Origin: a virus
Lineage: Duplodnaviria > Caudoviricetes
Direction: 5' to 3' (one strand)
Length of the DNA: 49,112 nucleotides
IMG/VR virus record: IMGVR_UViG_3300015050_000653
Coordinates: 1 to 49,112 of that record
This document shows, one piece after another, positions 8,899 through 18,493 of this stretch. Positions within the stretch are counted from its first letter, which is position 1. Each line of letters opens with the position of its first letter. The position numbers and the translations under genes are program-made. Below the pieces are notes generated by a model. The model saw only the letters and a list, made by a program, of their open reading frames with translations, did no database searches and had not been told where the DNA came from.

Positions 8899-10544
8899 GC
8901 CGTCAGCAACAAGATTATGGCCGCCTCCTCGTCGTATTGACGTTGCAGGGCGGCCACCAAGGCCGCCTGCAGTTCCGCTTCAGCCTTTGCCGCCAGCAGC
9001 TCTGGCGTTTCCAGAGGCTCAGCTGGCTTTCGGCTAGCCTTTGCCCGTTTGGGCTTGGCCTTGACCTTGGCCGGCGAAGCATCTGCTTCGGGTTGTGGCG
9101 TCTCGATCCGCGCCAGATCCGCTAGTTCGGCTTCCAGAGCCTCTAGGCGGTCCTTATCCCGCTTCTCACGGGTCTCCCTGTCGCGCTTCTTGCGATCTAG
9201 CCAGTAACGCTCTCCCGGCCCGTCAAGGACGTTGCGGAAGTCCTGCGATGCCCCTGTTGCGGAGCCCTGCTCGCCTGCGCCGCTAAGCGTGAAGTCGCCC
9301 AGCGTTGCATCAAGCGCGCCGGTTGTAGCGGTCGCGCCGGTATGCTCGCCGGCCCCTGCAAGGGTAAAGTCACCAAGTGTTACCGCACCGACGCCCGAGA
9401 ACGATTGCGCGCCAACGCCGCCAAGTGAGAACGCATCGAGCGTGACGCTGGATGACCCGTTAGCGCCGGCCGAACCGACGCCAGCAAGGCTGAAGGCGTC
9501 GAGCGTGACAGCGCCCACACCCGAGAACGAATTAACGCCCGTACCCGCAAGGGTAAATGCGCCAAGAGTGAGCGAACCTACGCCAGCAAACGACTGTGCG
9601 CCGACACCGCCGACAGCGAACGCCCCAAGAGCGAGAGCGCCAACGCCGTTGAAGCTGTTGACGCCTGTTGCGCCCAGCGTGAAGGCCGACAGGGTTGGCG
9701 AACCAACGCCAGAGAATGTTTGAACGCCCGTGCCCGCGACGGTGAAGTCAGCGAGCGTAGAACTCAGTGTGCCGGTTGTAGCGTCAGCCCCGCCCGCGAC
9801 GACAATCGCCCCGAACTGGAAGGCGTCGCCCTGAAAGGCGTCGTGCTGAAAGGCCGATATAGGATCGCCGCCAGCCGCAGCCTTGAACGTCGCAATGACG
9901 CCCGACGCCTCGTCCTGCCCGGTATTATCGTGCGACCACTGCCCGACAACTGCGGTCGTCGCCGATACGATCTTATGCGAACCCTCGAACCCGATATACG
10001 TGTTCGAATCCTGCTGCACCCCGATCCGGGTGTAGCCAGCAGGCGTGTCAATCGCGATGTTTGCGTTGCCCGCAGACACGCTCGCCGCGATAAATACAAT
10101 CTCGTCAGCCTGCGCCAGCGTGCCCGTCGTGCCGGTCGCAACGTCGCCCGTCGTGCTGATCGCAGCACTTGTGGACGCATCAAGCGGGGCGCTTGTGTCC
10201 TGCCCGCTGACCTCAGAAGCGATGACAACGATATAGTTATCAGCGCCGGCCGTCGGGTTGGCCGTAACCGTATGCGTTCCAGACGGCGTCCCGATGCTGG
10301 CGCAGTACCAGATCGAGACTTCGTTTAGCCCGGTGTTGCCGCCGTTGCGGTCAAGAACCTTGGTGTAGGTGTTGCCCTGGTTGTCCGAGACGCTGGCGAT
10401 GTTCGCGCCCGGAACAGCGCGCCATGCGCTGACCAGAACAACGATCATGTTGCCGGCGCTGGGCAGCGAGGCGAAGCTCGTTGCCTGAGACGATACGGCG
10501 GCGCCGCTGGATATCGTAGACGATTTGACCAGCGTAAGCGCCAT
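8895..10544 (-). CDS. Multi-domain fibre-like protein with 21-aa beta repeats
   Basis: N-terminal Ser/Thr-rich beta domain, AFQxD triplet, eight ~21-aa repeats, charged C-terminus ending DEEAAIILLLTA. Confidence 0.65.
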   Translation of the reverse strand: MALTLVKSSTISSGAAVSSQATSFASLPSAGNMIVVLVSAWRAVPGANIASVSDNQGNTYTKVLDRNGGNTGLNEVSIWYCASIGTPSGTHTVTANPTAGADNYIVVIASEVSGQDTSAPLDASTSAAISTTGDVATGTTGTLAQADEIVFIAASVSAGNANIAIDTPAGYTRIGVQQDSNTYIGFEGSHKIVSATTAVVGQWSHDNTGQDEASGVIATFKAAAGGDPISAFQHDAFQGDAFQFGAIVVAGGADATTGTLSSTLADFTVAGTGVQTFSGVGSPTLSAFTLGATGVNSFNGVGALALGAFAVGGVGAQSFAGVGSLTLGAFTLAGTGVNSFSGVGAVTLDAFSLAGVGSAGANGSSSVTLDAFSLGGVGAQSFSGVGAVTLGDFTLAGAGEHTGATATTGALDATLGDFTLSGAGEQGSATGASQDFRNVLDGPGERYWLDRKKRDRETREKRDKDRLEALEAELADLARIETPQPEADASPAKVKAKPKRAKASRKPAEPLETPELLAAKAEAELQAALVAALQRQYDEEAAIILLLTA

Positions 10545-10550
10545 ATGTGC

Positions 10551-11081
10551 TTACCTCCGGGTCAGGGTCGCCTGCATGTCCTGCGCCGCTTCCTTGTAGT
10601 TCTGAAGCGCGAATTGTTGATATTCTACGTTCCGAACGTTCAACGACGGGTGCATCGAGTAGCCCCACGTCGCTTCGAAGTCGCAGTCATAGCCTTGCGG
10701 CCAGTGTTTCTTGTCCGAGTGCGGTGCGTTTCCAGCCCGCCACTCGCGGCTCAGATAGTAGAAGAACATCTCAGAGACCGGAGGCCACTGATGCGTGGGG
10801 TCGCCGTAGGCCCTGTTTGAGCCCCAATGCGGGACGATGATCGTCGCCTTGGCTCCCGGCTTCATCACCCGATGCAGCTCGTTGAGCAACTGACAGCGTT
10901 CGGTTGCCGTCAGATGCTCGAGGAAGTGCGAGGCATAGGCTTCCTCAACCGTCGCGTCTCCGAATGGCAGAGCCTCGCGGCCTAGCTGCACGACATGGTC
11001 AACGCCGGGAAAGGAGTGTTGGTCTAAGCCGATGAACCCGGCCTGCTTGTTCGGCCCGCAGCCGATGTCGATCTTCACCAA
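10551..11081 (-). CDS. Class I SAM-dependent methyltransferase (type 11, glycan-associated)
   Basis: IDIGCG, LPF, SHFLEHL, RVMKPGA and DPTH motifs. Confidence 0.9.
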   Translation of the reverse strand: MVKIDIGCGPNKQAGFIGLDQHSFPGVDHVVQLGREALPFGDATVEEAYASHFLEHLTATERCQLLNELHRVMKPGAKATIIVPHWGSNRAYGDPTHQWPPVSEMFFYYLSREWRAGNAPHSDKKHWPQGYDCDFEATWGYSMHPSLNVRNVEYQQFALQNYKEAAQDMQATLTRR

Positions 11082-11797
11082 TTTATCCCGCTGCCAGAGT
11101 CAAAGTGCCCGACCAGCACCCTGCAATCGACCGCGCAGCGGTAGCCGTGCTTGCGTGCGTCGTTCCAGAAATCCAGATCCTGCGTGCCGACACCCTCAAT
11201 GCTCGCCTTGGTCTGAAACAGCGGGCGCTTCAGCTTCTTGTCCTTGAACATGCTCAACCGCCAGAGATTGAAACCCATCCCAGTCCCGCAGCACTCGACC
11301 ACTTCGCCGGGCACAGGAGGCTGCGGCCGGAAGTTCAGTTGCGGGTCCTTCGGGTCGCCCCAGATTTGCGGAACGCCACCCTCGCCCTTGGTCCAATAAA
11401 GGCCACCGACGCACGCATATTCCGGGTGCTTGTCCATCGTTTCGAGAAGCTTCAGCACGCCATCCGGTGGCGGCGTGTTGTCATGCTCGACCGTCAGCAC
11501 ATATTCCCAGTCGCAGAGATCAGGCGTCGCAAGGATGTGTTCAATCGCCTCCGAGTAAGCCGCGCCCACTTCCATGCCCAAGCACAGCATGCGGAACGTC
11601 GCGTTGTTCGGCGGGAAGATCAGGCCGACGTGGCTCAGATAGACCTTGGCGTCGATCTTGTTCGCGCTGGGAACCAGCACGATGATGCGCTGGCGTTTCC
11701 ACTGCGCCGACTGATCCATCTTGAGCGTCGAGAACAGCAGGTCAGCGTTGCGCAAGCCCCCATCGAGCGTGACGATTTCCGGCTTCTGCAAATTCAA
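11075..11797 (-). CDS. GT-A fold (GT2-like) glycosyltransferase
   Basis: YVLTVEHDN (DxD equivalent), VGGLY, GTGMGFNL, QDLDFW and VDCRVLVGH motifs. Confidence 0.8.
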   Translation of the reverse strand: MNLQKPEIVTLDGGLRNADLLFSTLKMDQSAQWKRQRIIVLVPSANKIDAKVYLSHVGLIFPPNNATFRMLCLGMEVGAAYSEAIEHILATPDLCDWEYVLTVEHDNTPPPDGVLKLLETMDKHPEYACVGGLYWTKGEGGVPQIWGDPKDPQLNFRPQPPVPGEVVECCGTGMGFNLWRLSMFKDKKLKRPLFQTKASIEGVGTQDLDFWNDARKHGYRCAVDCRVLVGHFDSGSGINW

Positions 11798-12750
11798 ATC
11801 TCAAACTGGTGATAGAGGATGGCTTGCGAGATGGCGTTGGTCATCGCCGTTTTGGCGACAGCGGAAGGCATAGCGCCAGTGGTCGTGTTGTAAACGCCCT
11901 GAGCATAGTCACCCACATGAGTTGAGTTGCTTGCCAACAGGGTCGTCGCGTAAACCTTTCCGATGGTCAGGTTGTTTTGGATCGTCTGGTTCAAAAAAGC
12001 CAAGCGCAGCGGACTCGTGCCAACTGTCGTTGCCGATGACACCAGCAGTCCGACCGCATATTCGCCGCTTGCGCTCAGTGTGTTCGTGAATGGCAGATAC
12101 AGGTGTTTGAGGCCAGTCATCAGGGACGCAATCGCCGTGCCGCCGCTCGTGGTCGTGTAGCTCCCCGCGCCCTGCGAGATCGTGAACCCCATCGCCGTGT
12201 TGGAGTTGAAACTCGCGCTTATGATTATGCTCGACGTGGCAATCGAGTTGTACGAGTTGTTCGTGTCGAGCGAGTAAAGCCCGTAGCGGATCGTGTGAAC
12301 CGCTACCTGCGAGTTGGTGGATGAGACGAACGAGCCAGAGACCCGCATCTCGATATTGTTGAAGCTGTAATTCAGGTCTGGCCGGACCTTCTGCATATAC
12401 AGCGAGTTCTGGCCCTGACTGGAGAACGTGGTGTTGTTCCCAACCTGAAACGGCTCCCATCCAGCCAATGTGCCGCCACCGCCATTGCCAGCGCTAATCC
12501 CGATGGTCGCGCCGCCGCCGATGAGCGTGATGTTGTTCCCGCCCGAAAAAATGACGTTGGTGCCCGACGCCGTCGATGCGCCATTCGTGTTGCCGGTCAG
12601 CGTGTAATACTGGTTGTGCGCGCTGTTCCAGTCTCCCGGGCGAACCAGATTGGTCGCCGCGACCGTCTGTGTCCCTCCCGTCGAGTTGCCGATCGTGACC
12701 GTTCCGGTCCAGTCAGCAATCGTGTTCGATTTGATGTGCGAAATAGCCAC
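11794..12750 (-). CDS. Ser/Thr/Asn-rich fibre-like structural protein
   Basis: VRPGDWNSAH N-terminal motif; Gly hinges; beta-rich; almost no charged residues. Confidence 0.55.
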   Translation of the reverse strand: MAISHIKSNTIADWTGTVTIGNSTGGTQTVAATNLVRPGDWNSAHNQYYTLTGNTNGASTASGTNVIFSGGNNITLIGGGATIGISAGNGGGGTLAGWEPFQVGNNTTFSSQGQNSLYMQKVRPDLNYSFNNIEMRVSGSFVSSTNSQVAVHTIRYGLYSLDTNNSYNSIATSSIIISASFNSNTAMGFTISQGAGSYTTTSGGTAIASLMTGLKHLYLPFTNTLSASGEYAVGLLVSSATTVGTSPLRLAFLNQTIQNNLTIGKVYATTLLASNSTHVGDYAQGVYNTTTGAMPSAVAKTAMTNAISQAILYHQFEI

Positions 12751-12752
12751 GG

Positions 12753-13157
12753 CTAGGCGTTAGGCGCTGTGATGGTGAAGGCAGTAATCGTGAACGTCAC
12801 GCCGTTCGTGAAGCTGGTCGAGTCAACCACAAGGTCATGCGTGCCCGTGCCCACCGTGCCGTCAATAAGGCCATTGGTGACGCCGCTGTCCCAGATGCGG
12901 AAGTGCGTCGCCGTGCCGGTTGCGCCGGCAGTGTTGGCCCATGTGCCGCTCAACGCCTTCGTGCCGCCCGATGCCGCCGCCATCCAGTCTGACGGAAGCG
13001 TCTCGGTCCAGAGCTGAGCGCCAGTGATGGCCGCAGCCGGGTTGGCAGGCTGTGAGCCGTCATAGATGCGGATAACGGGCGACGTGCCGATAGAGGTCTC
13101 GATGGCGTCGAGAATAGCGTTACGAACGGTCGTGCCCAGTTTAAGGTTGAGTGCCAT
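12753..13157 (-). CDS. Small beta-rich structural (fibre subunit-like) protein
   Basis: RNAILD, IRIYDGSQP, TGTATHFRI and DGTVG motifs; coupled to the portal stop (TAATG). Confidence 0.6.
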   Translation of the reverse strand: MALNLKLGTTVRNAILDAIETSIGTSPVIRIYDGSQPANPAAAITGAQLWTETLPSDWMAAASGGTKALSGTWANTAGATGTATHFRIWDSGVTNGLIDGTVGTGTHDLVVDSTSFTNGVTFTITAFTITAPNA

Positions 13158-15682
13158 TAGTTATTCCCCGTAAAATCTGGCCTTGCCGCAACGGGCCTGC
13201 CATTTTCATCATGCACAAGAACGCGCGGCGCTATCATGATCTGGGCAATCTGTTCCTGGTTCTTCATCATGACGTTGAGGCCGTCAGACATTGACCCAAC
13301 AGCCTCCAGCATCGCCCCAAGGGCGGCGTCGAATTTCTCTTCACGCCCATTGGCTTCTTTCGACTCGCTCTCTTTCAGAGCCAGTTCCCGGTCAGCTTTC
13401 ATTTCATCGATCTGCAGCTTGAGCCGGGTGATCTCCGCTTTGGAGTTCACTTCCATTTCGCGGACATCCATATCCCGCATCTTCACGGCCATATCCCGGT
13501 CAGCGAGTTCCTGCTCACGCGGGTCAACCTGCTCTGGCGCTTCGACCGGCGCTTGAGGTTCCAGCGATCCGCCGCCCTCCATAACGCCACGTTCAAACGC
13601 CAGCTTGCCGGCCTCGTGGAAGGTCTTCTCGGCTTCCTTCGCAGTCTTCTTGACCTGCTGTTCCTTCAGATCGTTATCGAGCCCCAAGCCGCGAAGCTCT
13701 TCCTTCGCCATCGCCGCGTTGTGCTCGTCCAGCGGACTCGGGCCTTCAATGAACGCCTTGGGCCAATCCGAGATGTTGGCCGCCTGAAGCTCCTGCTCCT
13801 GAATCCACTTGTTATCGATGCCCGGCTGACCCTTGAACTGCGCCAGATACTGCGCCCGCATCATCCGCTGCATGTCCGTGACCGAACGGGGATCAGCCCC
13901 CGGCGCCACGTCCATGTTCTTGAGGTCGAAGTCCTTCGCCAGTTCAGCCAGCCCATCGGGGCTCAGCTGCAGCTTCTGACGCTTTGGCATCATCACGCCG
14001 CCCGGAGACTGTTGCATCCCCTGTGGCGGCATCTGAATGGGAGCCGCACCCTGCGGCATTCCCATTTCTGGCATCTGGCCCGGCATTCCACCCGGCATCT
14101 GCGGCGCTTGCAGGCTCTGCGGGAACATGCCGCCCATGCCCGTCTGAGGCATACCTTGCGGCATCTGCCCCGGCGCCGGCATGCCCATCAGCTCGAGGAA
14201 CAGTTCCTCATCATCAAGGAATTCCGCATAGACGGCAGGGTCGAGATAGCGCGAATTCAAGCGCATCAGGAGCCGGAACTCCTTGCGCATCGCACGGTAA
14301 ATACGCGTGTAGATCGTCGAGAAGACCTGCATCCCCTGTTCGATCAGGGCGAGCGTCGCTCCCATCGCCTGACCGCTCGGGGCCTCGCCCGTCATCACGT
14401 CCTTGACGCTGGTGATATCAGCCGCGGCTCCGAGCAGGAATTCCACAAGCTGGAACAGCACAGGGCTAGGCCCGGCGAACTGAAGCTCGTGGATAGCGTC
14501 TGACACACGCCCCGGAACGTTGACGTTCAGGAACTCAGCCGGCTTGATGCGGACTTCCCCGCCTCTCAATCGCAGGCCTTGGCTAATAAAGCCGCCGCCA
14601 GCGTTCTGCCTGTGCGCCGCGTCGAATATCTGGTTCAGCGCCGTGTTGATCGCCCCGCCCAGGCTCTCCAGCAGCTGGCCGAAGCCCATGCCGTAAACCG
14701 AGCCCTCGATATCGGGCAGGAAGCTGTAGTCGATCCACGGGCTCTCCCGCATGATCGTCTCAACCTTGCCGTCCATCGTGTTGACGCGGATCGAGTTGGC
14801 CCAGAATGCCGCCTCCAACCGAACTAGCTCGCGCTGATCCTTGGAAATGGTGGCAATATACGGCTCCATCATCCCGTCGCCGTCGAGGTCGTAATACCTC
14901 ACCTGCTCGAGATAGACGCACGCCTTCTGGCTATCCTCGTCCTTCTGGCCCTCGTAATCCCGCTTGTGGTTCAACCACTTGCCCGAGCCGATCAAGCGAT
15001 CGATCTCGTAAGGATACATAGGGGTCGGCTGCGTCATGCGGGGCGCACGATCGAAGCTCGGTGAATCGTTCGGGACAACCACATCCTTCGCGCTGGTGAA
15101 TTCCAGCGTTGGGCGTCCCATGTCAGCGCGCCAGTATCCCTTGCGGAACCCTGCGCCAATGACGGGGAGCATGTGCAGCAGCTTGTCCGTGCCGCTGTCC
15201 CACTCATCCATCATATACATAAGCTGGTAGTTACCGAAGCGGCTTAGACGGTCAGCGCGCTTGGCCTTCAGTCCTTGCGGGTCTTCTCCCACCACCTTGC
15301 AGATCATCGGCTGATCAGAGCGGGTCACAGCGCCATAGGCACGCGCACCGAACTGGTTCATCGCCGTCGTCAGCAACGGATACTTGATGTTGCTTGCACC
15401 CTCAAACGGGTAATTCTTCTTCTCGGGCTTCTGCCGAGCGTTCTTGATGGCGCGATCAACGCCGTTCAGCCACTCTTCGCGGCTTTTCTCGTCGTGTTCG
15501 TATTCCCGCACAGCCTCTTCAGCCATGCGCTTGCGGTCTTCATCGCTCAGACGTTCTGCGAGGTTGCCGTCATATTCGGCAATGGTCGCCAAGTTCTCGG
15601 CTGTCTTGCGCGAGCCACGGCCCTTGCCAAGCTTGTCGGCATCGCCATCAAGCTCGCGGTTATAGGCGAGGTTCTTCGCCAT
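13157..15682 (-). CDS. Portal protein (P22-like)
   Basis: 841 aa directly after TerL; SREEW, YPFEGASN, YGMGFG and GATLALIEQG motifs; long C-terminal coiled coil. Confidence 0.9.
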   Translation of the reverse strand: MAKNLAYNRELDGDADKLGKGRGSRKTAENLATIAEYDGNLAERLSDEDRKRMAEEAVREYEHDEKSREEWLNGVDRAIKNARQKPEKKNYPFEGASNIKYPLLTTAMNQFGARAYGAVTRSDQPMICKVVGEDPQGLKAKRADRLSRFGNYQLMYMMDEWDSGTDKLLHMLPVIGAGFRKGYWRADMGRPTLEFTSAKDVVVPNDSPSFDRAPRMTQPTPMYPYEIDRLIGSGKWLNHKRDYEGQKDEDSQKACVYLEQVRYYDLDGDGMMEPYIATISKDQRELVRLEAAFWANSIRVNTMDGKVETIMRESPWIDYSFLPDIEGSVYGMGFGQLLESLGGAINTALNQIFDAAHRQNAGGGFISQGLRLRGGEVRIKPAEFLNVNVPGRVSDAIHELQFAGPSPVLFQLVEFLLGAAADITSVKDVMTGEAPSGQAMGATLALIEQGMQVFSTIYTRIYRAMRKEFRLLMRLNSRYLDPAVYAEFLDDEELFLELMGMPAPGQMPQGMPQTGMGGMFPQSLQAPQMPGGMPGQMPEMGMPQGAAPIQMPPQGMQQSPGGVMMPKRQKLQLSPDGLAELAKDFDLKNMDVAPGADPRSVTDMQRMMRAQYLAQFKGQPGIDNKWIQEQELQAANISDWPKAFIEGPSPLDEHNAAMAKEELRGLGLDNDLKEQQVKKTAKEAEKTFHEAGKLAFERGVMEGGGSLEPQAPVEAPEQVDPREQELADRDMAVKMRDMDVREMEVNSKAEITRLKLQIDEMKADRELALKESESKEANGREEKFDAALGAMLEAVGSMSDGLNVMMKNQEQIAQIMIAPRVLVHDENGRPVAARPDFTGNN

Positions 15683-17232
15683 CAGTAGCCCGTCACGTCG
15701 GATGCTGAGCGGCGGTCATAGCCTCGGGACTGTTCGCCGGGGCTTGGCTCGTTGTTGTAGAACATGGCGTCCAATAGCCCCTGATAATCAGCCTCGGCAG
15801 CCGTGCGGAACCCGTCCGCGCCATCCGATGCAATGTTGTGAAGCGGCGAGGACTTCCAGACAGACAGCTTCTCGTCCCACTCGCGGCGGTAGTTCTTCAA
15901 ATGCTTGAGCCCATTGGCGCAGCCGGCGCGGTCAAACTCCGACACATCAATCAGCGCCTTAACGAGGTTGATCGATGACGTAAGGCTAGGCCCGCTCAGA
16001 TCCTTGGTGCGGCTCACCACCTGACACGGGTAAATCCCAAGGTTTTCCAGCGCCGTCTGCCGGCTCTCGCTCGAGATCAGCTCCTTGCGCGATCCGTCAT
16101 GCGGCAGGAAATGCGCGCCATAAACGCAGCGAAGTTCCTGCTGCTTCTCTTTCAGGAGCCGCGCGTAATAGGGGAAGCTTTCGTCCTGCCCCTCAATGTA
16201 CTCAATCCAGCGCCAGCGGGATGGCCCCCTGCGCTGCCCTAGCCAGATCGTCATCTGATCCGACCGGCCCAAGTCCCAGAACGTGAACACCTGCCCCAAT
16301 TTCGGATCGAACGGGTATTCGCCAATCCTGCGTTGGTTCGTGGCGTGCACGATTTCCTGCGTATAGTAGGCGCCCTCGATCGGCGCATCGAACGCCTCTT
16401 CCGGGTAAGACGGGAATTCCCGCCTCATGTCGTCCTTCTGCTGGTTCGCTTTCTGCGAGTACCAGGCCTGCTGGGCATCGGTCAGCTTGATGCCGTGCTG
16501 GCGGTCCAGCTCTTTGAAGTATTCAAGGTGCTTCGCCGGGATCGTGCGGCTTGTATCTATGCGATAGCGTGTGTCCCGCCACCACGGAGCGAAGTAGAGC
16601 TTGAATTCGAGGTCCGAAGGCTCAATCCCCTGTGCCTCACGCGCCTGGGCTTCGGTAACCAGATCATGGAACAAGCCGCCCTGCCCCTCGGCAGTGGACT
16701 CAATGAAGATATGCTGGCCCGCGTGAACCGTGTTCAGCGCACCCGATTTGATCTCCCGGGCTTTCTCCGGGTATTTGGCTGCAATCTTCCCAAGCTCCGA
16801 GACATGCAGGAACTGGTACGTACCGCCCCGTAGCGATGTGCCCACCCGGATCTTTGACCCGTTGGAGAAGCTCATCTCCTGCGCCGCATCCTGTGTGGCG
16901 ACTATCCGGGTCCTCAGCTGCTCAGGCAGCCGGGCGTACACCTCACGCAGCTTCTGGTTGAAGATGTCCTTGGCGGTATCGATGTCCTGAGCAATGACGC
17001 CCATATTCGTGTTGGCGTGGAACAGGCAGGTATCCAGCCCCATGATCTCGATCAGGGTGGAAAAGCCTAGCTGCCTCGCTTTGAGGATCAGGTTTAGCGT
17101 GTGCATCTCGCTGATGAAGCGAAGCTGCTCTGCGTTGGGCCTGAATGGACGAACCACGCCCTTTTCGTCAGCGATCGTGTAGAGATTGGATACCCGCCAT
17201 TTCCAGTTGGCGAGGTTGGCCGGCGACGTCAC
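15682..17232 (-). CDS. terL: Terminase large subunit
   Basis: ILKARQLGFST Walker A, LHVSE Walker B, IESTAEG, WDLGRSD nuclease motif, C-terminal DGADGFR. Confidence 0.95.
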   Translation of the reverse strand: MTSPANLANWKWRVSNLYTIADEKGVVRPFRPNAEQLRFISEMHTLNLILKARQLGFSTLIEIMGLDTCLFHANTNMGVIAQDIDTAKDIFNQKLREVYARLPEQLRTRIVATQDAAQEMSFSNGSKIRVGTSLRGGTYQFLHVSELGKIAAKYPEKAREIKSGALNTVHAGQHIFIESTAEGQGGLFHDLVTEAQAREAQGIEPSDLEFKLYFAPWWRDTRYRIDTSRTIPAKHLEYFKELDRQHGIKLTDAQQAWYSQKANQQKDDMRREFPSYPEEAFDAPIEGAYYTQEIVHATNQRRIGEYPFDPKLGQVFTFWDLGRSDQMTIWLGQRRGPSRWRWIEYIEGQDESFPYYARLLKEKQQELRCVYGAHFLPHDGSRKELISSESRQTALENLGIYPCQVVSRTKDLSGPSLTSSINLVKALIDVSEFDRAGCANGLKHLKNYRREWDEKLSVWKSSPLHNIASDGADGFRTAAEADYQGLLDAMFYNNEPSPGEQSRGYDRRSASDVTGY

Positions 17233-17657
17233 TTCGATAGCCGGGGCTGGCCGCCCATTGTTTCAAGGAACTTGGCCAGCGTATCGGCCATGTCGGGGTT
17301 CCTGATCGTCTCAGAACCAATGCCGTGAAGCTTGGCGATGCCTAGCGTGGCAGTCGTGCGGGCTGAGGCGCTTCGCATCTCGGTAGCGAAGTTGCGGTCC
17401 TCTAGAAGCATGCGGGTGAGCGTGCTGACGTCTGCAACGAACTCGCCGTCGAATGCCTCCGTGCGGGCGAGAGCTTTCAGCTCTCCGACCCGTTGGGAAA
17501 TGGCTGGCGACTTCTTTAGCAGGCGATTACAATTAACCGCAGCTACATTGTTGTTTTTAGCCGAGAAACCGGCGCTAATGTAGGCGGCTGCTTGTGATGC
17601 GCCCTTAGCTAGTTCGTGTGCCAGAGCTTCCTCTCGGTCGTCTTCTAGTGCGGGCAT
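17229..17657 (-). CDS. terS: Terminase small subunit
   Basis: N-terminal HTH (SQAAAYISAGFS...RLLK); overlaps the terL start; start taken at MPALED. Confidence 0.8.
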   Translation of the reverse strand: MPALEDDREEALAHELAKGASQAAAYISAGFSAKNNNVAAVNCNRLLKKSPAISQRVGELKALARTEAFDGEFVADVSTLTRMLLEDRNFATEMRSASARTTATLGIAKLHGIGSETIRNPDMADTLAKFLETMGGQPRLSK

Positions 17658-17693
17658 CTTCCGCTCTTCATGTTTGCGCCTCATTGGCGCGGG

Positions 17694-18053
17694 TCAAATC
17701 AGGTCCCCCTTGTCGTAGTAGAGCCTGAGGGGAATGGTTGTTTCTGCCCAAGCGCCGCGTTCATTGCCCTCGTTGATCTGGAAGATCACGCTGACGATTT
17801 CCGGGTGGCAGTGGCAGGCGAGTTCCGTGTTCAGTCGCCGGCCCTTGTCGTCCAGTATCTGGTTGAGGCGTTCGGCCAGGATTTTGTGAAGGTTCGGGCT
17901 ACGCTGGGTAATGTCGGGCCAGACTTGGTAGATGCGGAGGAGTTCGCCTGACTGGCATAGCCAGAGGGAGGCGGCGTCTAGTGCGGCCTGTGCTCGTTTT
18001 GGGGTCGGGTGCTTCTGGTGGGAGAGGATGGGATGGCGCAGGGGGTTAGCCAT
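17694..18053 (-). CDS. Hypothetical protein, first gene of the late operon
   Basis: GGAGGGG ribosome-binding site; follows the putative late leader terminator. Confidence 0.55.
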   Translation of the reverse strand: MANPLRHPILSHQKHPTPKRAQAALDAASLWLCQSGELLRIYQVWPDITQRSPNLHKILAERLNQILDDKGRRLNTELACHCHPEIVSVIFQINEGNERGAWAETTIPLRLYYDKGDLI

Positions 18054-18065
18054 GTCCCCTCCGAA

Positions 18066-18100
18066 CGAGAAAGCCCGCCGCGATTTCTCGGGCGGGCTCT
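18066..18100 (-). terminator. Intrinsic terminator in the late leader
   Basis: Minus strand GCCCGCC...GGCGGGC stem followed by TTTCTCGTT. Confidence 0.65.
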
Positions 18101-18140
18101 ATATCTTGTGGGTCGCATAATTTTCGACCCTGCAATTCGG

Positions 18141-18169
18141 AAAATGATCGTGTTTTACTAAATCGTCAA
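18141..18169 (-). promoter_or_regulatory. Putative late promoter
   Basis: TTGACG-17 nt-CATTTT in an AT-rich intergenic patch upstream of the terminator. Confidence 0.55.
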
Positions 18170-18172
18170 GCG

Positions 18173-18493
18173 CTAGTCTTCGATTGCATCGGGGGCAATC
18201 ACAATGTCCCCGTGTTGACTGTGAATAACAGAGAAGCCCTGCTTCTCGTAGGCTTCGATTTCGTCAGCATCGAGACGGCCGGGAACAACCTCGTGCCTCC
18301 AAACTCGCAGCCAGACATCCATGTCTTGGCGAAAGTTTGGGTCGGCTTTGAGCGCCGCCACAATAGCTTCCTTCACTGGCGGGGCCATGTTCTCAAGCTC
18401 TTCTGCGGTCAAATAGTCAAGCTCGCTGACGAACGCAGAGATATACCGGCCGTCTCGGCGCACCCGAACAGCGATGGTGTCCAGATCGCTCAC
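18173..18493 (-). CDS. Hypothetical protein
   Basis: 106 aa acidic; GTGA-coupled to the upstream gene. Confidence 0.55.
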   Translation of the reverse strand: MSDLDTIAVRVRRDGRYISAFVSELDYLTAEELENMAPPVKEAIVAALKADPNFRQDMDVWLRVWRHEVVPGRLDADEIEAYEKQGFSVIHSQHGDIVIAPDAIED

